Below, piece by piece: positions 48,936 to 58,222 of a DNA stretch of 64,000 bases. Origin of the DNA: Verrucomicrobiota bacterium (GTDB lineage Bacteria; Verrucomicrobiota; Verrucomicrobiia; Palsa-1439). Made by a program: the position numbers and the translations under genes. Numbering within the stretch: position 1 is the first letter of the stretch; each line of letters opens with the position of its first letter. The stretch spans positions 2,296 to 66,295 of the forward strand of contig PLTX01000092.1 in the NCBI GenBank assembly GCA_003164675.1, read 5' to 3'. The notes under the pieces were generated by a model. It was not told the DNA's origin and made no database searches. It saw only the letters and a program-made list of their open reading frames with translations.

Positions 48936-49430
48936 TTACTTGGACGTTTTGGGCGGCGGCGGGGCGATGGGTTTGCCGGTAACGAGCGGCTGAATGGTCA
49001 CGGGGCCGGCGCCGAGGGCCCCGGCGGCATATTCCGGTTTCGTCCGTTTGGCCATGCCGCGGTCCCTAGCGCTGGTCGATTTATCCGAGGGGAGAACCGA
49101 TTCCTGTTCGATAGGTCTGAGTCCGGAGCTTGCAGTCTTGGCGAGGCCGGATTCGTAGCGTAGTTCGACGGAGCCGAGGCGAATGGAAGCGCCATCTTTC
49201 AGTTTCACCGCCATGATCTGTTCGCCATTCACGAATGTGCCGTTGGTGGACTTGAAATCGTGCAATTGGTAATCCTCACCGTCGCGCACCAAAATCCCGT
49301 GCCGCGAGGAGACATTCGTATCCTGGATGCGAATGGTGTTCTCAGCCGTTCGGCCGATCGTGATGAGTTTTTCCGTCAGCTCAATCGTTGTGGCGATGGA
49401 GCTTGGCGAAAGTATGTGCAGCTTTGGCAT
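48936..49430 (-). CDS. FHA domain protein
   Basis: TIGR, VSSRHG and STNGTFVNG FHA motifs. Low-complexity tail. Confidence 0.9.
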   Translation of the reverse strand: MPKLHILSPSSIATTIELTEKLITIGRTAENTIRIQDTNVSSRHGILVRDGEDYQLHDFKSTNGTFVNGEQIMAVKLKDGASIRLGSVELRYESGLAKTASSGLRPIEQESVLPSDKSTSARDRGMAKRTKPEYAAGALGAGPVTIQPLVTGKPIAPPPPKTSK

Positions 49431-49446
49431 AGGCAACCCGGTTCGT

Positions 49447-49475
49447 ACTGTAGCGGAAGCGTGCGACCGAGTCAA
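49447..49475 (-). promoter_or_regulatory. sigma70 promoter of the FHA gene
   Basis: TTGACT-17-TACAGT on the minus strand. Confidence 0.6.
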
Positions 49476-49605
49476 TTACGAGCCGCGATAGACGAGCGGG
49501 TGCATCTGGACACTGCCACTGAATTGTGGCCGCGAATCGTATTCGCGGTGTGTACTTGCCGCGAAAGAGTTTCGCGGCTACAAATGTCGACTGAAGTGAC
49601 GAGTT

Positions 49606-49770
49606 GTGGCGGACCATTGGCTGCTGAAGACGGAACCGAGCACGTACTCCTTTGCCGACCTGGAGCGGGACAAAAAGGCGGTGTGGGACGGCGTGTCGAA
49701 TGCGCTGGCGCTGAAACATCTGCAGTCGATGAAGCGGGGCGATCTGTCGTTTATTTACCTCACGGGTGAG
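49606..49770 (+). pseudogene. EVE domain protein, N-terminal fragment
   Basis: HWLLKTEP.TYS..DL...WDGVSN..A.KHL..MKRGD..FIYLTG, after which homology is lost. Confidence 0.85.
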
Positions 49771-49929
49771 GGCCGGGGCGCTCTTACAAAAGTGTTGACC
49801 GGAGAGAAGAACACTAGAGAATGGCGCGATGCGCAGGTTGTCTCAGGCGTCGGGGGACACGGCGGCTTTCTTTGATTCCAATTCTGGTATAAGGTAAGCT
49901 GAATTGGACCCAGAAAAACAAGTTTTGCG

Positions 49930-51513
49930 ATGTCTTCCCTGACCCATAGTTTCAGCGCGGGCGTCTGGACAATTGGTGACGCCCTGGCTTTTGCCTCGCT
50001 GGCGTTGCTCTGGGCTGTCGAGAACTTTTTCATTCAGGAATCGGCCTTTGTGGTGCACCCGGCGACGAGAAATCCCAACGCCTATCGGTTCCTGCGGATG
50101 GTCCTGAATCTGACGACGGCGACGGTGCTGCTGCTGCTATGCAGCCGGCGGCTGCTGATTGGAGTGCTGGTGGCGGACTCAACGCTTTCGGTGCTGATAC
50201 TGGCGCATAACAAGTATTTCCGGCATGCGTTTTCGGTGTATTTTGGGCTTAAGACGGCGAGGGAAGGGATGCCGATGACTCTAATTGCGCTGCAATTTGT
50301 TCCATTGACTGCGTGCCTGCTGCTGTTTTGGGCGCTGGCGGCGAAGATCTTCCTGGGGTTTTGTCTTGCCCCAATGCCGGTGGAAGTTGCCACCCTGGGG
50401 AGCCGACTGGCGTGGGCTGGTGTCTGTCTGGTTCCTGCCGTTCTCATTATTCTGGCGCTGCAGCGGACGAGTTTTGACTTCCGCAGCATCGCAGAGACAC
50501 GGGTCACGCGGGCGGTGTACGCCTACGGCTATTTCATCAGTTGGATTGCGGAGTGTTTTGTCGTGCCGGAGACGCACGAGTTGGTGCAAGAGCTGACTCA
50601 ACTGCAGAACGACTCGCCGGATCGGCTGTCTGGGACGGAAGGGCCGTTGGAGTTCGGGAGGAACGTGGTGGTGATCCAGATGGAGAGTTGGGGCTGGAAT
50701 GTGCTGGACTGCCAGATGAAGGGACAGGAGGTAGTGCCCTTTCTCAATGGTCTGGTACGGAGGAGTCGTCTTTTCAAAGTGAAGGCATTTCACCATGTGG
50801 CGAGCCTGGATATGGATTATGCGGTGTTGTCAGGCGGAAGGCCCAGCAGGCGTATGGTGAGCTATCTGGTGCCGGATGTTCCGTATGACAAGGCCCTGCC
50901 GCGGTTCATGCAAGAGCACGGTTTCCGCACGATGGCGCTGCATGGCAACAGCGGCGAGTTTTTCAATCGGCGCGAGAACTTCAAGCGGATGGGTTTTGAC
51001 GAGATCTACTTTCAAGAGGAATTCAGCCCACAGGCTGTGAAGCGGAGTTATTGGGGGGTTCGGGATGCGGAACTATTCCGGCTGTCCAGCCAAAAGCTCC
51101 AAAGGGCCATCCGCCCAGAGTTTCATTTTATCATCACGCTGGACAGCCACGTTCCCTTCGACCTCATCTGCGAAGAAGAGAAGGAGATCTACCCGCACAG
51201 CGGGGTATGGCAGGAGAACTATTTCAACAGCATGAGGGTGCTGGATCGGGACATGCGCGAGTATATCGAATCGTTGCCGGCGGGCACGCTGGTCATTCTT
51301 TACGGTGACCACACGTCCCACGTGAATTACGGTGGGTTTCAATCGGCGATTGATGGATATGCCGAATACGTGCCGTGCGCGGTTCACGTGTGCCACGCTC
51401 CGGCGGCGCCGCCGGCCCAAACGAGTGAACGGGTGTCGCTGCCTGAGGACTTGTGCATCCTTGACGTGATGAATTGGCTGCGCCACCAGATTACGGCGCG
51501 CGCGGGGAAATAG
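49930..51513 (+). CDS. LTA synthase/sulfatase-family membrane phosphotransferase
   Basis: N-terminal TMs, then NVVVIQMES, ALHGN..FFNR..MGFD, TLDSH.PF, LYGDH. Confidence 0.85.
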   Translation: MSSLTHSFSAGVWTIGDALAFASLALLWAVENFFIQESAFVVHPATRNPNAYRFLRMVLNLTTATVLLLLCSRRLLIGVLVADSTLSVLILAHNKYFRHAFSVYFGLKTAREGMPMTLIALQFVPLTACLLLFWALAAKIFLGFCLAPMPVEVATLGSRLAWAGVCLVPAVLIILALQRTSFDFRSIAETRVTRAVYAYGYFISWIAECFVVPETHELVQELTQLQNDSPDRLSGTEGPLEFGRNVVVIQMESWGWNVLDCQMKGQEVVPFLNGLVRRSRLFKVKAFHHVASLDMDYAVLSGGRPSRRMVSYLVPDVPYDKALPRFMQEHGFRTMALHGNSGEFFNRRENFKRMGFDEIYFQEEFSPQAVKRSYWGVRDAELFRLSSQKLQRAIRPEFHFIITLDSHVPFDLICEEEKEIYPHSGVWQENYFNSMRVLDRDMREYIESLPAGTLVILYGDHTSHVNYGGFQSAIDGYAEYVPCAVHVCHAPAAPPAQTSERVSLPEDLCILDVMNWLRHQITARAGK

Positions 51514-51765
51514 CTTCCTGCGGTCCAGTTTTCTTTTCCCGCAGTTCTTTCTCCACCGCGTACAGCGGTCCGATCTGTCGCGCAAACCATGCAGCCAGTT
51601 TGCTCTCACTCAACGCTTCGTGAACGCCGCGGCTGGCGTATGCCCGGCAGCCGATCAACGTCAGATCGTCGCGCTCCTTGGCCAACCGCTCGCAGGCGAA
51701 ATAGCCATCCGTTTACAGTTTCCCCCGGAAGTTCTTCCGGAACTCCTTCGGCCCTTCCCGCGACC
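51514..51765 (-). mobile_element. IS66-family transposase (TnpC) internal remnant with in-frame stop
   Basis: Minus strand reads SREGPKEFRKNFRGKL*TDGYFACERLAKERDDLTLIGCRAYASRGVHEA..IGPLYAVEKELR, a degenerate form of the IS66 LQTDGY..CWAHARR..LY.IE motif. Confidence 0.8.
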
Positions 51766-51898
51766 GGTGACGCTGAGCGAGATCAAGGCCAATACCGAGT
51801 TTCAGGATTTTGAACTCGTGCGGATGGGACGACTGAGCGTGATGCCGGTCAGCGAATTCCGGTGGAAGAAACTGCTGAAGATGGCGGCGGCGAAGTGA
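51755..51898 (+). pseudogene. EVE domain protein, C-terminal fragment
   Basis: PRPVTLSEIKA..F..FELVRMGRLSVMPV...W..LL is the canonical EVE C-terminus. Confidence 0.85.
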
Positions 51899-51911
51899 GG
51901 GATTGCCGGAC

Positions 51912-52582
51912 TCACGGCTTCTCCTCATGGTACGGCTTCTTCTGCTGGTAGAGGCTGAGCCGCTGGCGATGTTTCTCTGAGTCATCCTTCGACGGATTGG
52001 ACTCCAGATACTTGATCTCCCATTTGATGGCGTTGTCAAAGTCACCAGCCTCGGCGCAGGCCGCCGCCAGCGTATCGAGTGTTGCAGGGGCCTTCCATCC
52101 TGACAGTACACATGCCCTCTTCGCATACTCGACGGCCCTTTCCCCGTTCCGAAGATTAGCGTCGGGACAGACAGCTAACAGCCAAGAGACGTTGTTGTAG
52201 GCCTCCATGAGATCCGGCTTGAGCCGGATGGCTTCGCCGTAGTCGGTGAGGGCCTTGCCATAGTCGCCTCTGTGTCTGTAGGCCTGTCCCCGGTTGTAAT
52301 ATGCCCTCGCATTATCCGGCTTGAGCCGGATGGCTTCGCTGAACTCTGCAACGGCCCGGTCATAGTCGCCCGCACGTCCCGCTTGTAGACCCATCTCAAA
52401 GGCCCTGTCTGGCTGATCGTTCCCACATCCCTGGCCCGCCGACAGCATGAGAAAGATCACAAGCCATGATAGGCCTACAAAACGCAGCTGCGCTGGCGGA
52501 CTTGAAGGCAGGCTGGGTTCCGGAGCCATGCTCGTACGAATAGCATTCCGGACGTGGCAAATCGAGTGGTTTTCTGTCGTCA
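51912..52582 (-). CDS. Exported or lipoprotein-like TPR protein (start uncertain, 52529-52622)
   Basis: Hydrophobic segment ending [16 protein letters not shown] repeats 102 bp apart, [17 protein letters not shown] tail. Confidence 0.85.
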
Positions 52583-52736
52583 TATCCTGCGGCGGTGGGC
52601 CGTTCGATGTGCGACCGCCCAAGATGAAGCGGGCGGGATTGTTCCTTCTGCTGCTTTGTCAAACTTCAATTGGCGGGCACCCCCTCACCTTAATCCTCTC
52701 GCACCTATTGCGTGCCGAGAATCGGCGGGCGATTAT

Positions 52737-53220
52737 TTGACTTGACCATAGAATTTGTGTATGATATCGCTTCTGTGATATGCGAGAAGTTGTAATTGGT
52801 GTTGGGGCCGGATGGGGGATTGTAACTGTTCTTTGACATAGGACACGACGACGGCAGGCCCCCCTCGCCTTAATCCTCTCCCTCGAGGGGCGAGGAGATG
52901 GGAAGAGGGCCAGGGATGCGGCTCGCCGGGAGGCTCGCCCTCCAAACGAACCAATCCGCAGCGATCCACCCCGAGAGCTTTCGGGCAGGGAGCGGCGTCG
53001 CTACAACGGCTCGACGAGGGAGAGGCCGAGCGCGGCGGGAGGGGTTGGCTTGTAATATGTTAATTCGGTAAAACAAAGCCAATTATAATGGGTCACGGTT
53101 GCGCGTCGAAGCGCTTGGGCGACGGGCACTTGTGACTAGCGCGGAGGGCGAATTTTGAATGGCTTTGTTTGTCAAAAACAAAGCCAATTCGGCGTAAAAC
53201 GAAGCCAAAATTGAGGGTGT
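52737..53220 (+). other. Promoter-headed, REP-laden intergenic element, copy A
   Basis: TTGACT-17-TATGAT, 18-aa ORF at 52780-52836, boxA-like TGTTCTTTGACA, hairpins and AAAC(A/G)AAGCCAA x3. Head homologous to 63212-63281 (-). Confidence 0.65.
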
Positions 53221-53250
53221 TGGACGCGAATTCGGACATAAAGGAGCCTT

Positions 53251-53351
53251 GGGAGACCTTCGGTCAGAAATGGTGCGGGGTCGGGAGACCCGCGCACAAC
53301 GGTAAAGCGTGCGGCAGGGACTGACGGCGCTCGCGGCGCGAACGCCCTACC
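53251..53351. repeat. REP-like hairpin pair downstream of aguA
   Basis: 53271-53302 is 29/32 identical to 34615-34646. Followed by CGGCGC...GCCCTACC (53325-53351). Confidence 0.75.
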
Positions 53352-53357
53352 AACGGT

Positions 53358-54392
53358 TTAGACAGCGGGTTGCTGTTGGGTGAGGCAGTGGAAGGAACCG
53401 AGGCCCCAGATGAGGTTGGTGCTATCGATTCCCACGACCCGTCGGTCGGGGAAGAAGTTCTGTAGCGTGTCGATGGCGGCTTTGTCCGTGGTCGGGTTGC
53501 GATAGGTGGGGAGGAGAACGACGTGGTTGGCGATATAGAAGTTGGCGTAGCTGGCCGGTAACCGCTGGCCGTCGTATTCGATGACGCCCGGCATGGACAG
53601 CTCGACGACGCGGAGCGGCTGATCGTCCTGATCGCGCATGGCGTGGAGGCGTTTGAGGTTTTCCTGCAAGGGCCAGTAATTGTCGTCGTGGGGGTCGGGT
53701 TCGACGGCGGTGACGATGGTGGTCGGGTTCACGAAACGGGTGAGGTCGTCGACGTGGCCATCGGTATCATCGCCGGCGATGCCGTCACCGAGCCAGAGGA
53801 CATTGGAGACGCCGAGGTAATCGCGGAGATACTGCTCGATCTGCTGCTGGTTGAGGGTCGGATTTCGGTTGGGGTTGAGCAGGCAGGAGGTTGTCGTGAG
53901 CAGCGTGCCGGCGCCGTTGACATCGATGGAACCGCCTTCCAGAACGATGCCCGGACTGAAAATCGGGAGGTTGAGCAGCTCGGCGATGCGTTGCGGGACG
54001 GCGTCATCATCGTCATGAAGGCGATACTTGTTGCCATACGCATTGTAGCGCCAGTCGACGACGGCGAGCTCGTGACCCCGCGCGAGGAAAATCGGACCAT
54101 GATCGCGGCACCAAGGTTCGTAGGACGGAATATGATGATAGAAGACGTTCGCTGTGCTTTCGCCGACGGTGCGTCGGGCGATGGCTGCGACCTCGTCGTC
54201 GCGGACATTGATATGGACGGATTCGTGCGGGGCGAGGGCGCGGACCATTTCGCCGAACGCGGGGAGGACCTCCTGGTAGCGGTTCGGAAAACTGGCGCCG
54301 TCAGGACGCGGCCAGCAGAGCCACGTGGCCGCGTGCGGATGCCACTCGGCGGGCATGCGGTAGCCGAGTTCCCGTGGAGTTTTTGCAGGCAT
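53358..54392 (-). CDS. aguA: Agmatine deiminase
   Basis: RMPAEW.PH..TW..WP, WCRDHGP, LEGGSID.NG.G, DTDGHVD, ASYANFY, GSFHCLTQQ. Confidence 0.95.
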   Translation of the reverse strand: MPAKTPRELGYRMPAEWHPHAATWLCWPRPDGASFPNRYQEVLPAFGEMVRALAPHESVHINVRDDEVAAIARRTVGESTANVFYHHIPSYEPWCRDHGPIFLARGHELAVVDWRYNAYGNKYRLHDDDDAVPQRIAELLNLPIFSPGIVLEGGSIDVNGAGTLLTTTSCLLNPNRNPTLNQQQIEQYLRDYLGVSNVLWLGDGIAGDDTDGHVDDLTRFVNPTTIVTAVEPDPHDDNYWPLQENLKRLHAMRDQDDQPLRVVELSMPGVIEYDGQRLPASYANFYIANHVVLLPTYRNPTTDKAAIDTLQNFFPDRRVVGIDSTNLIWGLGSFHCLTQQQPAV

Positions 54393-55267
54393 TAGTCGAG
54401 CAGGCGCTGGGTGATGCCGCCGTAGGCATCGATGCGGCGGTCGCGAAGGAACGGCCAATGCTGGCGCGTCTCGTCGATCTTGCGGAGGTCGCATTTTGCG
54501 ATGAGGACCTCTTCCTTGTCGTGGCCGGCTTCGGCAATCACCTCGCCAAATGGATCGCAGACGAATGAGCCACCCCAAAACTGGATGGCGCCTTCCAGGC
54601 CGATACGATTGGTTGCGGCGACAAACACGCCATTGGCGATGGCGTGGGACCGCTGAATGGTGACCCAGGCTTCGTGCTGCTTCGCGCCAAATTGTTTTTG
54701 TTCGCTGAGGTGCCAACCGATGGCCGTTGGATAGAAGAGGATTTGAGCGCCTTTCAAGGCGGTGAGCCGCGCGGCTTCCGGGTACCATTGGTCCCAACAC
54801 ACAAGCGTGCCGATGGTGGCGCACGGGGTGGCGAACGATTGGAAGCCGAGATCGCCCGGCGTGAAGTAGAATTTTTCGTAGTACAACGGATCGTCGGGGA
54901 TATGCATCTTCCGATAGCGCCCAACCAGTTTGCCCCTGGGGTCGATGATGACGGCGGTGTTGTGGTAGACGCCCGCGGAACGTTTTTCGAAGATCGAGCC
55001 GACGATGGTGATTCGGTGGGCGCGCGCGGCGCTGGCGAGCGCGGTCGTTGTTGGTCCCGGGATCGGTTCGGCAAGCGCAAACCGGCTGTGGTCCTCGGTT
55101 TGACAGAAATAGAGCGAACGGAACAGCTCGGGAAGGCAGACAATCTGCGCGCCGCGTTTGGCGGCTTTCTCGACGAGCGCGAGGCCGTGCTTCAGGTTCA
55201 CCGACGGCTGCGCGGCGCAGCGCATCTGGATGAGGCCGACGGTGACGATCTGGTGTTTGGTGGCCAT
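54392..55267 (-). CDS. aguB: N-carbamoylputrescine amidase (nitrilase family)
   Basis: E-K-C triad in LPELF, YRKMHIPDD..YYEKFYF and VCWDQW.PE. YPTAIGW. TAATG overlap with aguA. Confidence 0.93.
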   Translation of the reverse strand: MATKHQIVTVGLIQMRCAAQPSVNLKHGLALVEKAAKRGAQIVCLPELFRSLYFCQTEDHSRFALAEPIPGPTTTALASAARAHRITIVGSIFEKRSAGVYHNTAVIIDPRGKLVGRYRKMHIPDDPLYYEKFYFTPGDLGFQSFATPCATIGTLVCWDQWYPEAARLTALKGAQILFYPTAIGWHLSEQKQFGAKQHEAWVTIQRSHAIANGVFVAATNRIGLEGAIQFWGGSFVCDPFGEVIAEAGHDKEEVLIAKCDLRKIDETRQHWPFLRDRRIDAYGGITQRLLD

Positions 55268-55295
55268 GTGAAGAAAATGCGGCAGAACCATGATG

Positions 55296-55321
55296 AATTT
55301 CTTGCATTGCTGCAAGAAATT
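55296..55321. promoter_or_regulatory. Perfect 11-bp inverted repeat in the aguB/pdaD divergent spacer
   Basis: AATTTCTTGCA-TTGC-TGCAAGAAATT. Confidence 0.55.
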
Positions 55322-55356
55322 TGTTTTTGTTCGCGGCGGGAGCGAGAAACCATCAC

Positions 55357-55905
55357 ATGCATTTTGTTCCATCGAAGATTTTTCTGACAAAGGGTGTCGG
55401 CACACACAAACACGAGTTGCGGAGTTTTGAGCTGGCGTTGCGCGACGCGGGCATTGAGAAGTGCAACCTGGTGACGGTGTCGAGCATCTTGCCACCGCGA
55501 TGCAAGATCATCTCGCGCAAGCAGGGGGAGCAGTTGCTGCAGCCCGGACAGATCACCTTTGCGGTGATCGCGCGCATTTCGACGAATGAGCCGCACCGGC
55601 TGATTGCGGCATCGATTGGCGTGGCGCAGCCCGCCGACGAGGACGCGTACGGCTACCTGAGCGAATTGCATGCGTACGGGATGAACGACACGACGGCGGG
55701 GAATTTTTCCGAAGACATGGCGGCGGCGATGTTGGGAACGACGCTGGGGGTTGATTTCAACGAAGACGCGAGCTGGGATGAAAAGGAGCAGGTTTTTCGC
55801 ATGAGTGGAAAGATCGTCCGCACAAGCAATTGCACGCAGACAGCCGTCGGCCATCCTCAGGGGCAGTACACGACGGTCCTCACGGCGGCGATATGCCTGT
55901 TTTGA
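55357..55905 (+). CDS. pdaD: Pyruvoyl-dependent arginine decarboxylase
   Basis: [28 protein letters not shown] (Ser-Ser autocleavage site), GYLSE.H. Confidence 0.93.
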   Translation: MHFVPSKIFLTKGVGTHKHELRSFELALRDAGIEKCNLVTVSSILPPRCKIISRKQGEQLLQPGQITFAVIARISTNEPHRLIAASIGVAQPADEDAYGYLSELHAYGMNDTTAGNFSEDMAAAMLGTTLGVDFNEDASWDEKEQVFRMSGKIVRTSNCTQTAVGHPQGQYTTVLTAAICLF

Positions 55906-55921
55906 GATCGGATACGGTGGT

Positions 55922-55950
55922 TTGCCTTTCCCACCAAAGGCATCTATTAT
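55922..55950 (+). promoter_or_regulatory. sigma70 promoter for a leaderless DUF151 mRNA
   Basis: TTGCCT-17-TATTAT, 6 nt before GTG 55957, no SD. Confidence 0.6.
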
Positions 55951-55956
55951 AACGCC

Positions 55957-56439
55957 GTGAAAAACGACGTCGTTGAAGTGCAGGTCAAGGGTGTGCTGCC
56001 GACCACCACGGGTTGCGCCGTGTTTGTCGGTAACGAGGAGAAGACGTTCGTCATCTATGTGGACCACAGTGTGGGCGCGGCCATCACGATGTTCCTGCGC
56101 AACACCCCCAAGGAGCGCCCGCTCACGCACGATCTCATTGGCCACATTTTTACGGGATTGGGCGTAAAGGTCGAGCGCATCGTTATCAACGACCTCAAGA
56201 ACAGCACGTACTACGCACGGCTCGTGTTGCGTTCCGAGAACGAGCTCGGCAAGAAGATTCTGGAAATCGACTCACGTCCGAGTGATTGCATTGCACTGGC
56301 CGTCCAGCAGAAGAGCCCGATCTACGTTGCCGCCAAGGTTTTTCACGTGGTCGAGGACATGTCCGAGGTCCTCAAGCGCATGAAGCAGGAGGGCGGCGAC
56401 GAGTTTACCGGTCAGGAAGAAGAAGGCCAGCCGGAGTGA
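55957..56439 (+). CDS. Bifunctional nuclease family protein (DUF151)
   Basis: RPLTHDL, YYARL, IDSRPSDCIALA...PIYV. Confidence 0.92.
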   Translation: MKNDVVEVQVKGVLPTTTGCAVFVGNEEKTFVIYVDHSVGAAITMFLRNTPKERPLTHDLIGHIFTGLGVKVERIVINDLKNSTYYARLVLRSENELGKKILEIDSRPSDCIALAVQQKSPIYVAAKVFHVVEDMSEVLKRMKQEGGDEFTGQEEEGQPE

Positions 56440-56455
56440 GCCTGGGCAGCTGTTG

Positions 56456-58222
56456 TTACTGCCACCACGGCTGATCGACCCAGTAGACGCAGATGGAATA
56501 ACCAATCACCGCGGCCGGCTCCCTGTCCAACAGAGGCTTGTACATGTCGCGCGTGGCTGCCGGAAAATAGGGGCCGCGCAGGTTGGTAACACTGACGGCG
56601 ACGAAACCGGGTAGGTTTGGGCCGGATACACGTTTGTCGTCATAAAAAGGCCCGCCGGGAAGGTACGTACAGTCGATCCCGTAATAGTCTGGATCGGCCG
56701 TGCCGAAGTAGCTCAGGTTGATGTGGTGTACGTCGTGCTGGTCCATCCATTGTTTCAAGCCTTTCAGGTCCTGTCCCCAATCGGCATTGGAATCGACGAG
56801 ATACTGGTGTCCATGGCGTGGGCCGCCGACGAATTGGTTGAAGAACGCAAGATAGTGCGGGCACACGAGGACGAATTCGACTATTGCAAAGAGACAGAGT
56901 GCGGCCAGTATGGGGCGAAGTGGCTTGGGCCGCTCTGCGCATAGTCTGGTGATGGCGTAACCGCTGAGCAACAAGGCGAACGGATAGACCGGCAGGATGT
57001 GGCGCAATCCGATATTCAATTTTGTCAGCATGGCGGCTGCCAGAAACGCCGCCAGCGGCAGTAGCGCATAGATGGCATCGTCGACAAGACGCTGCCAATG
57101 ACTCCGGGCCAGAATGACCCCGGCGGCGAACAGCACGATCACTGAGATGGGGGTTTTGATCAGGAACGCGAACGGGAAGAACCACCACCAACCATCCAAG
57201 CGGTAGCTGCCGGCGAGAAACGCGCTACGCCGTTGGGCTTTGATCTGTCCAAGCAGGAAGCCTTCATTGTACGCGTTCGGAAGCAGGTGGTGTTCGTCCA
57301 CCCACGCGACCACCCCGGTCAGTGTGGGTATGCGTTGGAGGATGCGGGGGTCCTTATGGAATTCCATGCGCCAGTTGGGTGCGGCAGATGGCAGATAGCG
57401 AAAATCGTACGCAGCCCAGATCGCCACCCACGCGGCAAGCGCGAGCGCAGCAATGATGACCGCTGCCGCGGAGAGTCTCTTCCAACGGGTGGACAGATCC
57501 GTCAATTTGCCAATGCGAACCGGCCAAGTGGACTCCTGACAGGCGCGCACGACCAGCAGTGCGAGCACCACCGGACCAAGCAGTACGGCGGAAAACTTGC
57601 TGGCTTGCGCCAGTGTGAAAAAGGCGGCCAAACCGAACAGGTTTCCCACGCTCAGGCGACGCGCGGTCCGCCACAGGAAGTAGGCAACGCCGAAAGCAAA
57701 GCATGTCACGCCAAAATCCGTGGTGACGAGCCGGCAATGCGCCAGGATGTTGGGCTCAAGGGTATAGAACCCGAGGACAACCGCGGCTGGCCAGAACCCG
57801 AACAACTCGCGCGCCCAGCAGAATAGCAGCACCCCCAGCAGCACGCCCAGTAGGACAATCATGAACCGGGCCGCGTAGAGCAGATGGTCAGCATCGTTGG
57901 AGACGTAGAGCGTATCGTGGCAAAACAGGAATTGTCCCCCCATGACCCAGGACGCGGAAGCCACCGGGTCGATCTCCTGCAGGTCCATCTTGATTCCGTT
58001 CATGCCGAGCAACGGCAACGCGGCCCACATCCGGATGAACGGTGGATGCTCCGGGTCCGTGCGGTAATCGTGAAATTTGAGCGCGCTATAGCCCGCGATC
58101 AGGTGCTGCGGCTCGTCCCAGGTGGCGGATTCGCGCACGTAGCTGCCGACAGTCAGTGCGATGAATACGATGCCGAAGATGAGCAGGCAGATCGCGAAGC
58201 GATGCCGTTCGGACAGTTTCAT
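56456..58222 (-). CDS. GT-C glycosyltransferase (GT39/ArnT/PMT-like), paralog 2
   Basis: SATWDEPQH, EHPP, EPNILAH..LVTTD, WWWFF....IKTP, NIGLRHILP, DSNADWGQDL. Confidence 0.88.
   Translation of the reverse strand: MKLSERHRFAICLLIFGIVFIALTVGSYVRESATWDEPQHLIAGYSALKFHDYRTDPEHPPFIRMWAALPLLGMNGIKMDLQEIDPVASASWVMGGQFLFCHDTLYVSNDADHLLYAARFMIVLLGVLLGVLLFCWARELFGFWPAAVVLGFYTLEPNILAHCRLVTTDFGVTCFAFGVAYFLWRTARRLSVGNLFGLAAFFTLAQASKFSAVLLGPVVLALLVVRACQESTWPVRIGKLTDLSTRWKRLSAAAVIIAALALAAWVAIWAAYDFRYLPSAAPNWRMEFHKDPRILQRIPTLTGVVAWVDEHHLLPNAYNEGFLLGQIKAQRRSAFLAGSYRLDGWWWFFPFAFLIKTPISVIVLFAAGVILARSHWQRLVDDAIYALLPLAAFLAAAMLTKLNIGLRHILPVYPFALLLSGYAITRLCAERPKPLRPILAALCLFAIVEFVLVCPHYLAFFNQFVGGPRHGHQYLVDSNADWGQDLKGLKQWMDQHDVHHINLSYFGTADPDYYGIDCTYLPGGPFYDDKRVSGPNLPGFVAVSVTNLRGPYFPAATRDMYKPLLDREPAAVIGYSICVYWVDQPWWQ

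Noticed and set aside
51620..51898. 92-aa ORF as an intact gene
   Set aside because: It is a chimera of antisense IS66 remnant and the EVE C-terminus.
53358..55307. 649-aa ORF suggesting an aguB-aguA fusion
   Set aside because: The upstream part is an off-frame shadow of aguB. The real aguA starts at 54392 through a TAATG overlap.
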